Below the pieces are notes generated by a model. It ran no database searches. It worked only from the letters and a program-made list of their open reading frames with translations, and was not told where the DNA came from. This document shows, one piece after another, positions 29,961-38,972 of a stretch of 64,000 bases of DNA; position 1 is the first letter of the stretch; every line of letters starts with the position of its first letter. The DNA is taken from the IMG/VR virus record IMGVR_UViG_3300035661_000001, positions 248,001 to 312,000 of that record; one strand, 5' to 3'. The position numbers were made by a program, and so were the translations under genes.

Positions 29961-30944
29961 ATGGGAACCAGGGTTAAACGCGTCAGAACAAACATTTCTG
30001 CCGAGCAGATGGCTAATGCCATAACTGTTGGTTGGAAAGAGCTATTTGGCGTTACCCCTTCTAAGCAACAAGTGGCAATGGTATTAGCTCAAAATGCATT
30101 AGAAACGGGTCACAGAAAAAGCATGTGGAATTATAATGTTGGTAACATTATCACCAACGGTAATGATTCCTATGATTATTTCGACGACTTAACAACAGAT
30201 GAGCAAATAAAACCTGGAACTTGGAAAAAGATGAATCTTAAGTACAGAGCTTATCCATCATTGGATGCTGGAGTTAAGGACTATTTAAAATTCATTAGTG
30301 GTAAAAAATACAGTGGTGCTTGGAAACATATTTTGAATCCTGATCCTGTAGCTTTTTCTAAAGCTCTTAAATCAGCCGGATATTATACTGTTAATGAAGC
30401 AGCATATACAAAGACTTTATCAAAACTATATGACCAATATTCAGGATCAACCGTGAAATCTAAAATCCCTTTATCTAACATACCACAAAATGACAATAAT
30501 TTATCTAATATAATAGATAACTATTTGCAAATGGTAGCCGCTTCAGAAAAGAGCAATAAAAAATTGTATAAACAATTTTTGCCTTATCATAAATTTTTAA
30601 TTAAGATAGAATCTCAAAATTATACAGATTCTATTGAGTTTGCTCGTATAGCTTGTACAGCGTTAGAGGAAGAATTATTAGCAAAAGCTTATACCCACAC
30701 AAACGGACAATGTGTAGAAATTGAGTGTGAAATACCTGGACCACAAAAAGAATGTATAAATTTGACCAGGGAAATTTTATCATCTGTTGAAGATGCTTTT
30801 TGTGCAGCTACTAAAAAAATCGGCGGTATAGTTATAGCCACAGATTGTATTACTAATACAATTTCATCATATCAACAAATCAGTTTTAAACAGGCTGATT
30901 TTCAACGTGAACAATTTTTGCTGAAATTTAATAAGGGACAATAA
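29961..30944 (+). CDS. GH73/glucosaminidase-like peptidoglycan hydrolase with C-terminal extension
   Basis: AQNALETG, NYNVGNI, YRAYPSLDAGVKDY, ALKSAGYYT follow the FlgJ/glucosaminidase lysozyme-fold pattern. Confidence 0.75.
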   Translation: MGTRVKRVRTNISAEQMANAITVGWKELFGVTPSKQQVAMVLAQNALETGHRKSMWNYNVGNIITNGNDSYDYFDDLTTDEQIKPGTWKKMNLKYRAYPSLDAGVKDYLKFISGKKYSGAWKHILNPDPVAFSKALKSAGYYTVNEAAYTKTLSKLYDQYSGSTVKSKIPLSNIPQNDNNLSNIIDNYLQMVAASEKSNKKLYKQFLPYHKFLIKIESQNYTDSIEFARIACTALEEELLAKAYTHTNGQCVEIECEIPGPQKECINLTREILSSVEDAFCAATKKIGGIVIATDCITNTISSYQQISFKQADFQREQFLLKFNKGQ

Positions 30945-31345
30945 TGGCAACAGAATCTGAAGTTCAAAAAATGGCTAGCGAATTAGTTGGCTCTGGCAAA
31001 ACTTTCGCCGAATTTTTGGCAGAATTGTTTAAAGATAGGTTTATAGAAATTTACTTAGGAGATTCTTACGAAGAAGTTAGTATGGAACAAACCTCTACCT
31101 CTTACCCTGCAGTTTTGTGTGGTAAAGTTGTAACAGCATATAGAGAATGTTTGGTTATTAATGCGGCTTATGTAAGTGGCGTTCCTAAGCCAGGTAAACC
31201 ACAGCAATTGCAACTAGGCAACTTATTATTTGTTAATGAGAGATCAATTCGTGCTTTAACTGAAATTGATGGTAAAGGAATTTTGGAAGATATGTTATTA
31301 AGAAGCAGGCACTCTTTAGATATTAAAAAACACTTTATAAAATAA
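30944..31345 (+). CDS. Hypothetical protein, possible Sm/LSm-like fold
   Basis: IEIYLG...LCGKVVTAYRECLVI...LFVNERSIRAL. Confidence 0.55.
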   Translation: MATESEVQKMASELVGSGKTFAEFLAELFKDRFIEIYLGDSYEEVSMEQTSTSYPAVLCGKVVTAYRECLVINAAYVSGVPKPGKPQQLQLGNLLFVNERSIRALTEIDGKGILEDMLLRSRHSLDIKKHFIK

Positions 31346-31351
31346 AACCCT

Positions 31352-32092
31352 ATGTACAATATAGATTATATTACCAAATTAGCTGATAATTATGAACAAC
31401 AATGTTCGTTAATTATAAAAGAAGGGCGTATTGAAAAATTGCCCAATGGTAAGTATCGTGTATTGTCAGAAAAAGGCAAAAATCTTGGAACGTCTGATTC
31501 TCATTCAGGTGCTGAGAAATGTTTACAGCAAGTCGAATATTTCAAACATAAAGATCAGCATCAAGCAGAAGATAAAAAAATAATTGATTTAACTAAAGCA
31601 GATGAATTTGCATATTCTGCCATAATGAGATGTTTAAATCAGCAAGCATCTAGAGAACAGGTACTTGATTTTTTAAGATTTTTCAAAAAGGAATTTGATA
31701 AAGCTCTTAAGAAAAAATTACAAAAACCCGAAAAAATAGCATTACAAAATTCTTTAATAAGTTTTAATAAAATACATCCAATTAAATTAAAAAGAAAATT
31801 AGTTAAAACTGCCGCAACTAGTGAATTAGGAGATCCTATTTTAGTAGGTAAATATTTGGCTGATATTATCAAATTTACATTAAACAGAATTTCTCCTGAA
31901 AGACGACCTGCATCTTTAGCTAAATTAAGAACTAAGATTTATCATCTTAATGAGCAACAGCTGGCTAGTAAAGTAATGCCGCCATCTTCCTCTATGGGAC
32001 AATCTATTACATTTTTAAAACATGTATTGTTCAATCATGATGCCCAATATATTAGAGAGGTATTAAATAACGTTACAAGGAATTTGATATGA
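31352..32092 (+). CDS. Putative internal head protein
   Basis: IIKEG|R and LVKTA|A motifs; small GKNLGT...AEKCLQQVEYFKH domain. Confidence 0.6.
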   Translation: MYNIDYITKLADNYEQQCSLIIKEGRIEKLPNGKYRVLSEKGKNLGTSDSHSGAEKCLQQVEYFKHKDQHQAEDKKIIDLTKADEFAYSAIMRCLNQQASREQVLDFLRFFKKEFDKALKKKLQKPEKIALQNSLISFNKIHPIKLKRKLVKTAATSELGDPILVGKYLADIIKFTLNRISPERRPASLAKLRTKIYHLNEQQLASKVMPPSSSMGQSITFLKHVLFNHDAQYIREVLNNVTRNLI

Positions 32093-32850
32093 TTCATAAG
32101 TTAAAAAAAATAACTAATGGTTTGTATCGTGGATCAGCACCTTCCCCTAAAGATGTAGAGTGGTTAAAAAATACTTTAGGTATCAAAAAAATTGTTAGTT
32201 TAGATCAAATATCTGGAGATAGAATTGATCGTATTTGTCAAGCTTTAGGCATTGAACATTTGAATGTGCCTATTGATCATACTAAAGCGTCTTTGGTAAG
32301 ACTATTATCTAATAATTTAAAAAAACTACTATTGGATGGTGGTCCAACTTATTTACATTGTTTGCACGGTAAAGATCGTACGGGTTTAATATCAGCATTA
32401 TTTAAATGTAAATATATGGGAGTTAATCCAGAAAAAGCTATCAGGGAAGCGGAGTCTTTAGGTTTTGGTATCGGTGTACATCCGGCTTCTGTAAATTTAT
32501 GGAAAAAATTAATTAGAACCTGTAAGCCTTCAAAAGATGTTAATAATTCAGATATAGTTTCAAATCAAAGAGAATTTTCCGGAGATAATCGTGATTCATT
32601 TCTGGACGAAGGTCATCAAGGATCTTTCTCTCCGTATTTAAGTGTTACTAGGCAAAACCCTATAGATGCTGTATATACATATATGAGCGACCAATATCCT
32701 ACTAGAGAAAATTATAAACCTCGTGAATCAATAGAAGAATCTGCTGAAGTTAAAAATGATGTTATTCCACAAGTGGGTGTTTTTAATAATGATGCGGGTG
32801 GGCGTGGATTTGGACCTACAGAAAACTATTCCGGATTTTTCTACGATTAA
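32089..32850 (+). CDS. Cys-based dual-specificity/tyrosine phosphatase-family protein
   Basis: LYRGSAP, LGIKKIVSL, P-loop HCLHGKDRTG (HCxxGxxR); C-terminal tail beyond the catalytic domain. Confidence 0.9.
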   Translation: MIHKLKKITNGLYRGSAPSPKDVEWLKNTLGIKKIVSLDQISGDRIDRICQALGIEHLNVPIDHTKASLVRLLSNNLKKLLLDGGPTYLHCLHGKDRTGLISALFKCKYMGVNPEKAIREAESLGFGIGVHPASVNLWKKLIRTCKPSKDVNNSDIVSNQREFSGDNRDSFLDEGHQGSFSPYLSVTRQNPIDAVYTYMSDQYPTRENYKPRESIEESAEVKNDVIPQVGVFNNDAGGRGFGPTENYSGFFYD

Positions 32851-32864
32851 ATAGAGATAAGAGC

Positions 32865-33521
32865 ATGAATATGATTAAAAAAGCTTACTCAGTACAAATG
32901 TCATATGAAGTTTCAGACGAAGAAAAAAAACAAGCTGAACGTGCTTTATTATGTTTTAATCATACTGCTAAACTTTTAGATAAAGCAGCAAATCATTTAG
33001 ATATCATGAAAACTCCCTTTAAAGATAATCCTGAAATGTCTGTTGATGAAATTATGAAAGCTAGGGCGGCTATTAGAAGATTTAGAGATAAAGCTATTGA
33101 AAATTTCAACGAATTTAAAATCACCGCATTTAAATGCGTACACATTATGCAAACATTTGCCTCAGATACGCAGACATTGAAATTGATGAAATCTTTCATT
33201 TCATCAATTGATTCATTAGAGAATAATGTAAATACTTTCGCTGATACTTTTAATGATTTAGAATCTAAAGAATTTCCAAAAGACATAGTGACTGCTATCG
33301 AAAATATCCAGAAGCAATGTAAAGAAGTGGATGAAATTATTGATGAAAGAATAAAATCTCACATTCAATCGGACATTTTAGCAAAAAGCTGGGTAGATAC
33401 TGTTTCTGATGATTTGCAAATGAGAATTGAAAAGAAGACACCGTTGATCGTAGATTTATTTAATAAACGACAAGATCAATTAAATGATATAATTAAAGAG
33501 AGAAGCACAGTAGGTAATTAA
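32865..33521 (+). CDS. Putative internal head protein (coiled-coil)
   Basis: MIKKA|Y N-terminus; helical heptads. Confidence 0.6.
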   Translation: MNMIKKAYSVQMSYEVSDEEKKQAERALLCFNHTAKLLDKAANHLDIMKTPFKDNPEMSVDEIMKARAAIRRFRDKAIENFNEFKITAFKCVHIMQTFASDTQTLKLMKSFISSIDSLENNVNTFADTFNDLESKEFPKDIVTAIENIQKQCKEVDEIIDERIKSHIQSDILAKSWVDTVSDDLQMRIEKKTPLIVDLFNKRQDQLNDIIKERSTVGN

Positions 33522-33535
33522 ATTATAATGAAATA

Positions 33536-33550
33536 TCAATATTGACATAT
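33536..33550 (+). promoter_or_regulatory. Candidate late promoter TCAATA-N6-TAT
   Basis: TCAATATTGACATAT upstream of protease operon. Confidence 0.5.
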
Positions 33551-33658
33551 ACTCATGAGTATAAATAAATTCTACGTAATTTAAAAGATTCCGTATAGTA
33601 ATAATTCATTATAATAACGATATACTTACTGAGATCTCTCAAACATGGAGAGTTGTGT

Positions 33659-33820
33659 ATGAGTTTTATTAAGCATGGCGATGGAAAAATAATGACTGTT
33701 TTAGATGAAGAAGAATTAACTGATGTACAAAAAAAATCAGTCAATGACGTATCTAAAAAAAGGATCAAGCAATCTGCTGAAGAGACTGATGCTTCAATTG
33801 AGAAGAAATCAGGGAGATAA
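33659..33820 (+). CDS. Unannotated 53-aa ORF (MSFIKHGDGKIM...)
   Basis: GGAG RBS, ATG 33659, TAA 33818-20, ends 3 nt before protease ATG; N-terminus mimics that of the protease. Confidence 0.7.
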   Translation: MSFIKHGDGKIMTVLDEEELTDVQKKSVNDVSKKRIKQSAEETDASIEKKSGR

Positions 33821-33823
33821 ATA

Positions 33824-36800
33824 ATGTCATTTATAAAATTAGGTGAATTGATTGAAATCAACGGGATTGAAAATCCAGAATCCTGTATTCCTGCTGTCAG
33901 CGCTGAAGTATTAGAAAATTTTAGAAAAACTGCTGCTAGTTTGAAAAAAATAGCTCCTAAGGCAGAAGACTTTTTATATTTTTCCGCTGTCATGATGCAT
34001 GCTGCAGAAGCTGCTGGATTAAATGATGATGGAACTCCAAAACTGAATGCTCGTGGTGAGCAAGTTCAAGTTGGTTGGGACAAACGTGGTGGAACTTGGC
34101 GTTGGACTTCAAATGATCCAAGTATTAAACCATATAAAAATTCTAATGGCGATATCTTCCCCGAAGAAGAACTAGTTAAAGCTTATAAAAAATGGGTACA
34201 TAAACCTCTTTGTATTGATCATAAATCAAGTTCTGTAGATCATACAAGAGGTTTTATTGTTGATACTTATTATGATCGTAGTTTAAAACGTGTAATTGCT
34301 TTGTGCGCTTTAGATAAAGCCAATTATCCAGAACTAGCACGTAAAGTGTCGACCGGAATGCAAACTGCCGTATCAATGGGTACAGCGGTGGGCAGAGCAA
34401 TTTGTTCAGACTGTGCTACTGTTGCCCGCGCCGAAGCAGATTTTTGTGATCATATGAGACGCAAGAGTTGTTACGGTGAAATTAACGTTGATTTAAATCC
34501 AATTGAATTATCAATTGTTGTTAATGGTGCTGATCCAAGAGCAAATATTAAACACATTATTGCTTCAGCTACTACATTAAATTCTTATGTTGATACTAAA
34601 GTACAAGAATTGAAAAAAATAGCTGATTTACAATTTTCGGCAACGTTCTCTGTAACAGACCCCATGGGTAATGAAGGTAAACAATCAGCAGCTCATTTTG
34701 AAGTAGATGGTCATGATCTAGAAACTTTCAAAAAAGAGGTCGATGGTGCCTTTGCAAGATTAGCAGAAATCGCTGAGCAAGCAAAAAAAACCGAACAAGA
34801 TACTAATGATTCCGCATTTAATCAATCGTCTGGTTCAATTTCCATGGATGAAGGCACTTCACCTAACACTGATTCTGGATTAGCTCCGCCACATGCAAGA
34901 TACGCGTCTGTTGATTTAAACAAAATTTCTGTAGGCGAGTTACTTAAACTAACTGCTACAATAGAAACTAAATTAAATCACATGAAACAAAATTTAGATA
35001 AGTTAGCAAAATCAAATGTACATGAGGAAAATATGTCAATGAATAAAAAGAGTTACTACCAGGGTACTGAAGAGCCAACGCCTGGTCAAGCCAAGTATCC
35101 AAAGGACCCCGGTCATATGGCTTATGAAGACGATAAGCACATGCACGGTCAATCTCCTTTCCCTGGTGTAGGTCCCGTTGATGGTCTTCATCCAAGTCCA
35201 GATTCAGCAGAACAAAGCAATGAGTTAGAACGTAAAAAAATGTTAGCTCGTGCTGAAGCTGAAGAGAGAGCTATGAAACGCCAATCAATTGTTAATTTGG
35301 CAAAACAAGCTCTAGAAGATAAAAAAGCTTATTTCAACAATGGTGAAGGACCAAATAATCCTAATACACCAACCCCAGGTAAAACCAAATATCCAGTTGA
35401 CAAAGGTCATATGGCTTATGAAGATGATAAGCACATGCATGGTCAAAAACCATTCCCTGGTGTAGGTTCAGTAGATGGTCTTCACCCAAGCCCAGATTCA
35501 GCAGAGATTTCTGATGAATTAAAACGTAAAGAATTGTTACGTAGAGCTAATACTTTACATGGCAGATTTGTTACGGCTTCTAAATTCGATGGTACTAGAG
35601 ATATAAATAATAGTGCTTGGGAAATTCGTCTAGGTGACAGATTATTGTTAACAGCTTCTGTTAAAGATCTTTCTGGTGGTCGTTCCGAAATGATGTATGA
35701 TACCATCAATACAGCTGAATTTGGTAAAAGACTATTAGAAAAAGTAAAAGTTTTTGGTGCTGATAAAGTTAGTACATTATTTAAGAATGCTCAAGATCCA
35801 AATGCTGCTGCTCCTGTTGCAGCACCTGCTAGTGGTCCTGCTGATGCTGGTCCCCTAGGCAATTCGCCTGCAGAAGATACTGGTAAATCTGGTGATCCAA
35901 AAGAATCGGCTCTTGAAATGGCTGAAAAAGTTAGAGACATGTCTTCTGATTTAGTTGAAGCTGTCAGGGCTTTAACTGGTGAACAAGCTGAAATGGGCGC
36001 TGATATGGCTGCACCAGGAATGGCTGCTACTGCTTCTGATTTTAGTAGCGTTCATATGCATGCGCTAAGAGGCGAAATTAATGGATCATTAAATCATGCT
36101 ATGAGAGAAGTCGTAGCTGAATTAGAAGAGCATCAAGAAGAACTAGATACAATTGTTGGGTTATATGATAAGGGTGCAGTTACTGCTTCTAATGAAGAAT
36201 TAATTGAATCACTTTTAGATGACGCAACTGTTGCTGCCAAATCTGCCGTTGCAGATGGCTTTAGATTAATGACCGCTTTTGTTAAGTATGCTCGTGGCAC
36301 TAAGGCTATTATTAAACGTGCTGAAATAGAGGCAGAACTTAATGCTTTAAGTGATAACGAAGGAGATACAACAATGAGTGGTGGTGATGATAGTTTAATG
36401 GCTCTGATCGACAGCACTAATTCAGATCTGAATTCTGTTAGAGAAATGATGGATGAAAACGGTGAACCTGGTCTTGGCACAGATGGTGATGGCGAAGGGT
36501 TTGACGGACTTGAAGAACAAGTTAGCGAAAATGACGGATTAAGCGGTGATGGCTTATCAGATCTTGAATCTGACCCTCTTGCAGAAGAAGGTGATGATCT
36601 ATTAGCTGATGATGATAATGATCTTATGGCTAAAAAAGAAGAATTGAAAGATCTTGATTTAAAGCCAGGAACTACTGTTCAAGTTACTGCTGGTTTCAAT
36701 TCTAGAGCCAGCCGCGCCGCTCTTCGTGCTAAACTTGCAGCTGACGCACTTGGTTCATATGGATCTGATCCAACTGGAAAACAAGATGATGGTCAATTAC

Positions 36801-37483
36801 AAGATGCATCAAAAATTAAATTCTACGATATGTTAGATACTGCTGATAGTCAAGCAACTACTAGTAGGGTCCCAAATGTAGATAATAAATCTTCTGATAA
36901 TCTTGATGTAATTGAGACTCTTCCAGAAATTAATAAAGCTATGTTGGATCTTGCCAAAGCTCCACCTAAGGTTCGTAAAGAAGCTGAAGCTATTCATAAA
37001 TTAGTTAGTGAAGGTAAATTAGATCGTTCTGATCTTGATGCCCTAGTAGCTGAAGGTTTGGATAAGGATGCGGTTTCTTATTACAAAAAATACTACGGTC
37101 AAACAGACGGCGGTGGTGAATTTGCCAGTGAATTGGTAAAAGAACATGTTAAGGCTCAATTAGAAGAAGAGCTTAATAGATACAAAGTCAAAATGGCTAG
37201 AGCTTATGAAGTAGCATATGATATGGTTGACCGTGGATTATGCCATAACGATAAAATCGCCGTCGCTTCACAAGTTGAAGAAATTATGAAATTCAATGAC
37301 GACAGTTTCGATACTTTGAAAAGAGTAGTTGCTAAACACTCTCCAGTAATGCGTAAAGAAGCTGGTCGCATGCCACAGGTTGGTTTATTCGGTTCCGGTG
37401 AAAACACTGTAGCCTCTCCAGCCGAAGATGATTGGTCTTTATTGTCTGCAGCATTTGCTAAGACTTCTAAGAGAATGTTTTAA
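33824..37483 (+). CDS. Prohead maturation protease fused to large scaffold/core region (1219 aa)
   Basis: DIFPEEEL, CIDH (His), AVSMG (Ser), ELSIVVNGADP typical of herpes/HK97-fold prohead proteases; CSDC...FCDH insert; acidic, helical C-terminal part; between portal and capsid. Confidence 0.82.
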   Translation: MSFIKLGELIEINGIENPESCIPAVSAEVLENFRKTAASLKKIAPKAEDFLYFSAVMMHAAEAAGLNDDGTPKLNARGEQVQVGWDKRGGTWRWTSNDPSIKPYKNSNGDIFPEEELVKAYKKWVHKPLCIDHKSSSVDHTRGFIVDTYYDRSLKRVIALCALDKANYPELARKVSTGMQTAVSMGTAVGRAICSDCATVARAEADFCDHMRRKSCYGEINVDLNPIELSIVVNGADPRANIKHIIASATTLNSYVDTKVQELKKIADLQFSATFSVTDPMGNEGKQSAAHFEVDGHDLETFKKEVDGAFARLAEIAEQAKKTEQDTNDSAFNQSSGSISMDEGTSPNTDSGLAPPHARYASVDLNKISVGELLKLTATIETKLNHMKQNLDKLAKSNVHEENMSMNKKSYYQGTEEPTPGQAKYPKDPGHMAYEDDKHMHGQSPFPGVGPVDGLHPSPDSAEQSNELERKKMLARAEAEERAMKRQSIVNLAKQALEDKKAYFNNGEGPNNPNTPTPGKTKYPVDKGHMAYEDDKHMHGQKPFPGVGSVDGLHPSPDSAEISDELKRKELLRRANTLHGRFVTASKFDGTRDINNSAWEIRLGDRLLLTASVKDLSGGRSEMMYDTINTAEFGKRLLEKVKVFGADKVSTLFKNAQDPNAAAPVAAPASGPADAGPLGNSPAEDTGKSGDPKESALEMAEKVRDMSSDLVEAVRALTGEQAEMGADMAAPGMAATASDFSSVHMHALRGEINGSLNHAMREVVAELEEHQEELDTIVGLYDKGAVTASNEELIESLLDDATVAAKSAVADGFRLMTAFVKYARGTKAIIKRAEIEAELNALSDNEGDTTMSGGDDSLMALIDSTNSDLNSVREMMDENGEPGLGTDGDGEGFDGLEEQVSENDGLSGDGLSDLESDPLAEEGDDLLADDDNDLMAKKEELKDLDLKPGTTVQVTAGFNSRASRAALRAKLAADALGSYGSDPTGKQDDGQLQDASKIKFYDMLDTADSQATTSRVPNVDNKSSDNLDVIETLPEINKAMLDLAKAPPKVRKEAEAIHKLVSEGKLDRSDLDALVAEGLDKDAVSYYKKYYGQTDGGGEFASELVKEHVKAQLEEELNRYKVKMARAYEVAYDMVDRGLCHNDKIAVASQVEEIMKFNDDSFDTLKRVVAKHSPVMRKEAGRMPQVGLFGSGENTVASPAEDDWSLLSAAFAKTSKRMF
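35111..35505 (+). repeat. Intragenic direct repeat, two 101-nt copies (35111-35211, 35405-35505)
   Basis: 90/101 identical by manual alignment; encodes GHMAYEDDKHMHGQxPFPGVGxVDGLHPSPDSAE. Confidence 0.92.
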
Positions 37484-37507
37484 GTTTTAGAGAAAAGGAT
37501 AACAAAA

Positions 37508-38176
37508 ATGAGAAATAAAAGTGTATCAGATTTTGTTGCTGCAACAATGGATGCAGTACTAAAAAGCGAAAATCATCAATCATTATTTGGTGGTGTCTAT
37601 AAATATGCCTCGGAACAATGTGATAAATGTCATCACCCTAAAGAAGAATGTAGTTGTGACTCTTCCATGGCATGGGATGAATTTAACGCTGATGACAGTA
37701 GTGCAGAGTCTGAAGAATCTGATTCTAATGAAGTTTCAGATTCTTCAGAAGAAGATAAAGAAGCGACAGCATTTGATGTAGCGATTGATAGTTTATTAAC
37801 TGCTTCTGCTGCATTAGATAGTGTTGGACTTGATAGAGGATCCTCTTTAAGCTTGAAACTTGCCTCTTTAGTTGTTGAAGCTAAAAAGAAAGAAGAAAAG
37901 AAAAAGAGTGATGTTAAAAAGAGCAAGGAATCTAAACATAGTTCCGACTCTAATGATGCTAGAGCGAAAAAGAAAAAGAAAGATGAAGAAGATAAGAAAA
38001 AGAGCGATGCTAAAAAGAAGAGTGATGCTAAAAAGAAAAGTGATTCTAATGATGCTAGGGCGAAAAAGCCAGCCTCTAGTTCTAGCTCCAGTTCCAGCTC
38101 TTCAAAAAAACCAGCTTCATCTTCTAGCTCCAGTTCAGGTTCTAAAAAACCAAATCCATTCGCTAAAAAGAAGTAA
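37508..38176 (+). CDS. Bipartite acidic / Lys-Ser-rich low-complexity core protein
   Basis: YKYA|S motif; acidic N-half; KKSDA x3, SDSNDARAKK x2, KKPASSSSSS x2. Confidence 0.7.
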   Translation: MRNKSVSDFVAATMDAVLKSENHQSLFGGVYKYASEQCDKCHHPKEECSCDSSMAWDEFNADDSSAESEESDSNEVSDSSEEDKEATAFDVAIDSLLTASAALDSVGLDRGSSLSLKLASLVVEAKKKEEKKKSDVKKSKESKHSSDSNDARAKKKKKDEEDKKKSDAKKKSDAKKKSDSNDARAKKPASSSSSSSSSSKKPASSSSSSSGSKKPNPFAKKK

Positions 38177-38197
38177 TTAAAAAGCGAATATAGAATT

Positions 38198-38251
38198 ATA
38201 ACTTTTAGCCGCTTAAATTATTGAAATATGTAATTTAAGCGGCTAAGTTAT
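38198..38251. other. Long intergenic inverted repeat
   Basis: TTAGCCGCTTAAATTA (38205-20) / TAATTTAAGCGGCTAA (38231-46) plus 5 more bp past a 2-nt bulge; no U-tract. Confidence 0.8.
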
Positions 38252-38276
38252 TAAAATCTTTATTAAGGAATAAATA

Positions 38277-38489
38277 ATGTTTAAAATAGATTTTGAAAAT
38301 GAAATTTATAATGATATGAAGAAAAAATTAATCTCTAATAAAACGGAGGTTACACATAATTTTGATAAACTTGCCAAAGCTATTGATTATTTAAACAATG
38401 CGGCAGTTATTTTTGAAAAAGCTGGAATGTTTAAAGAGGCTGAAGAAATAACTAAATTATTAAAACAATCTAGCTTTAGTATTAAATAA
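38277..38489 (+). CDS. Small helical-hairpin protein (paralog of next gene)
   Basis: LAKAIDYLNNAAVIFEKAGMFKEAEEI. Confidence 0.75.
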   Translation: MFKIDFENEIYNDMKKKLISNKTEVTHNFDKLAKAIDYLNNAAVIFEKAGMFKEAEEITKLLKQSSFSIK

Positions 38490-38504
38490 GGTTAATATAA
38501 AATC

Positions 38505-38906
38505 ATGATAAAAAAAAGTATTTTTGAACAAGAATTAATTGCTGGAATGCAAAAACAATTAATCAAACAAGCTAAACAAGAGAATTATGATCATCTTGAA
38601 AAAGCAGCTGATTATTTAAATTCTGCTGCTGAAATTTTTCAAGATATGGGTATGATTAAAAATGCTGATAAGATATTATCTATTTTATCTAAAATAGCCG
38701 AAACCCATAAACCACATGATCCTAGAAAAGTACCAGACCATCACACTAAAGGATTAACTAATGAAAAAATGGTTAAAAATTTGGAACACCATGGTCATCC
38801 TATGAACATGGCTGATGATGGTAATTTAGCAGATCAAGAAATAGAGGATGTATTAGAAGTTTCCGATAATTTTCAGGAACTTCACGATTTTGAAGATGAA
38901 ATATAA
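38505..38906 (+). CDS. Small helical-hairpin protein with acidic/His tail
   Basis: LEKAADYLNSAAEIFQDMGMIKNADKI. Confidence 0.75.
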   Translation: MIKKSIFEQELIAGMQKQLIKQAKQENYDHLEKAADYLNSAAEIFQDMGMIKNADKILSILSKIAETHKPHDPRKVPDHHTKGLTNEKMVKNLEHHGHPMNMADDGNLADQEIEDVLEVSDNFQELHDFEDEI

Positions 38907-38972
38907 ATCTTAATATTGCTTAATATTGTTATATTAAGTATGAGAGTTGTATAGTGATTATAAAGGACGCTC

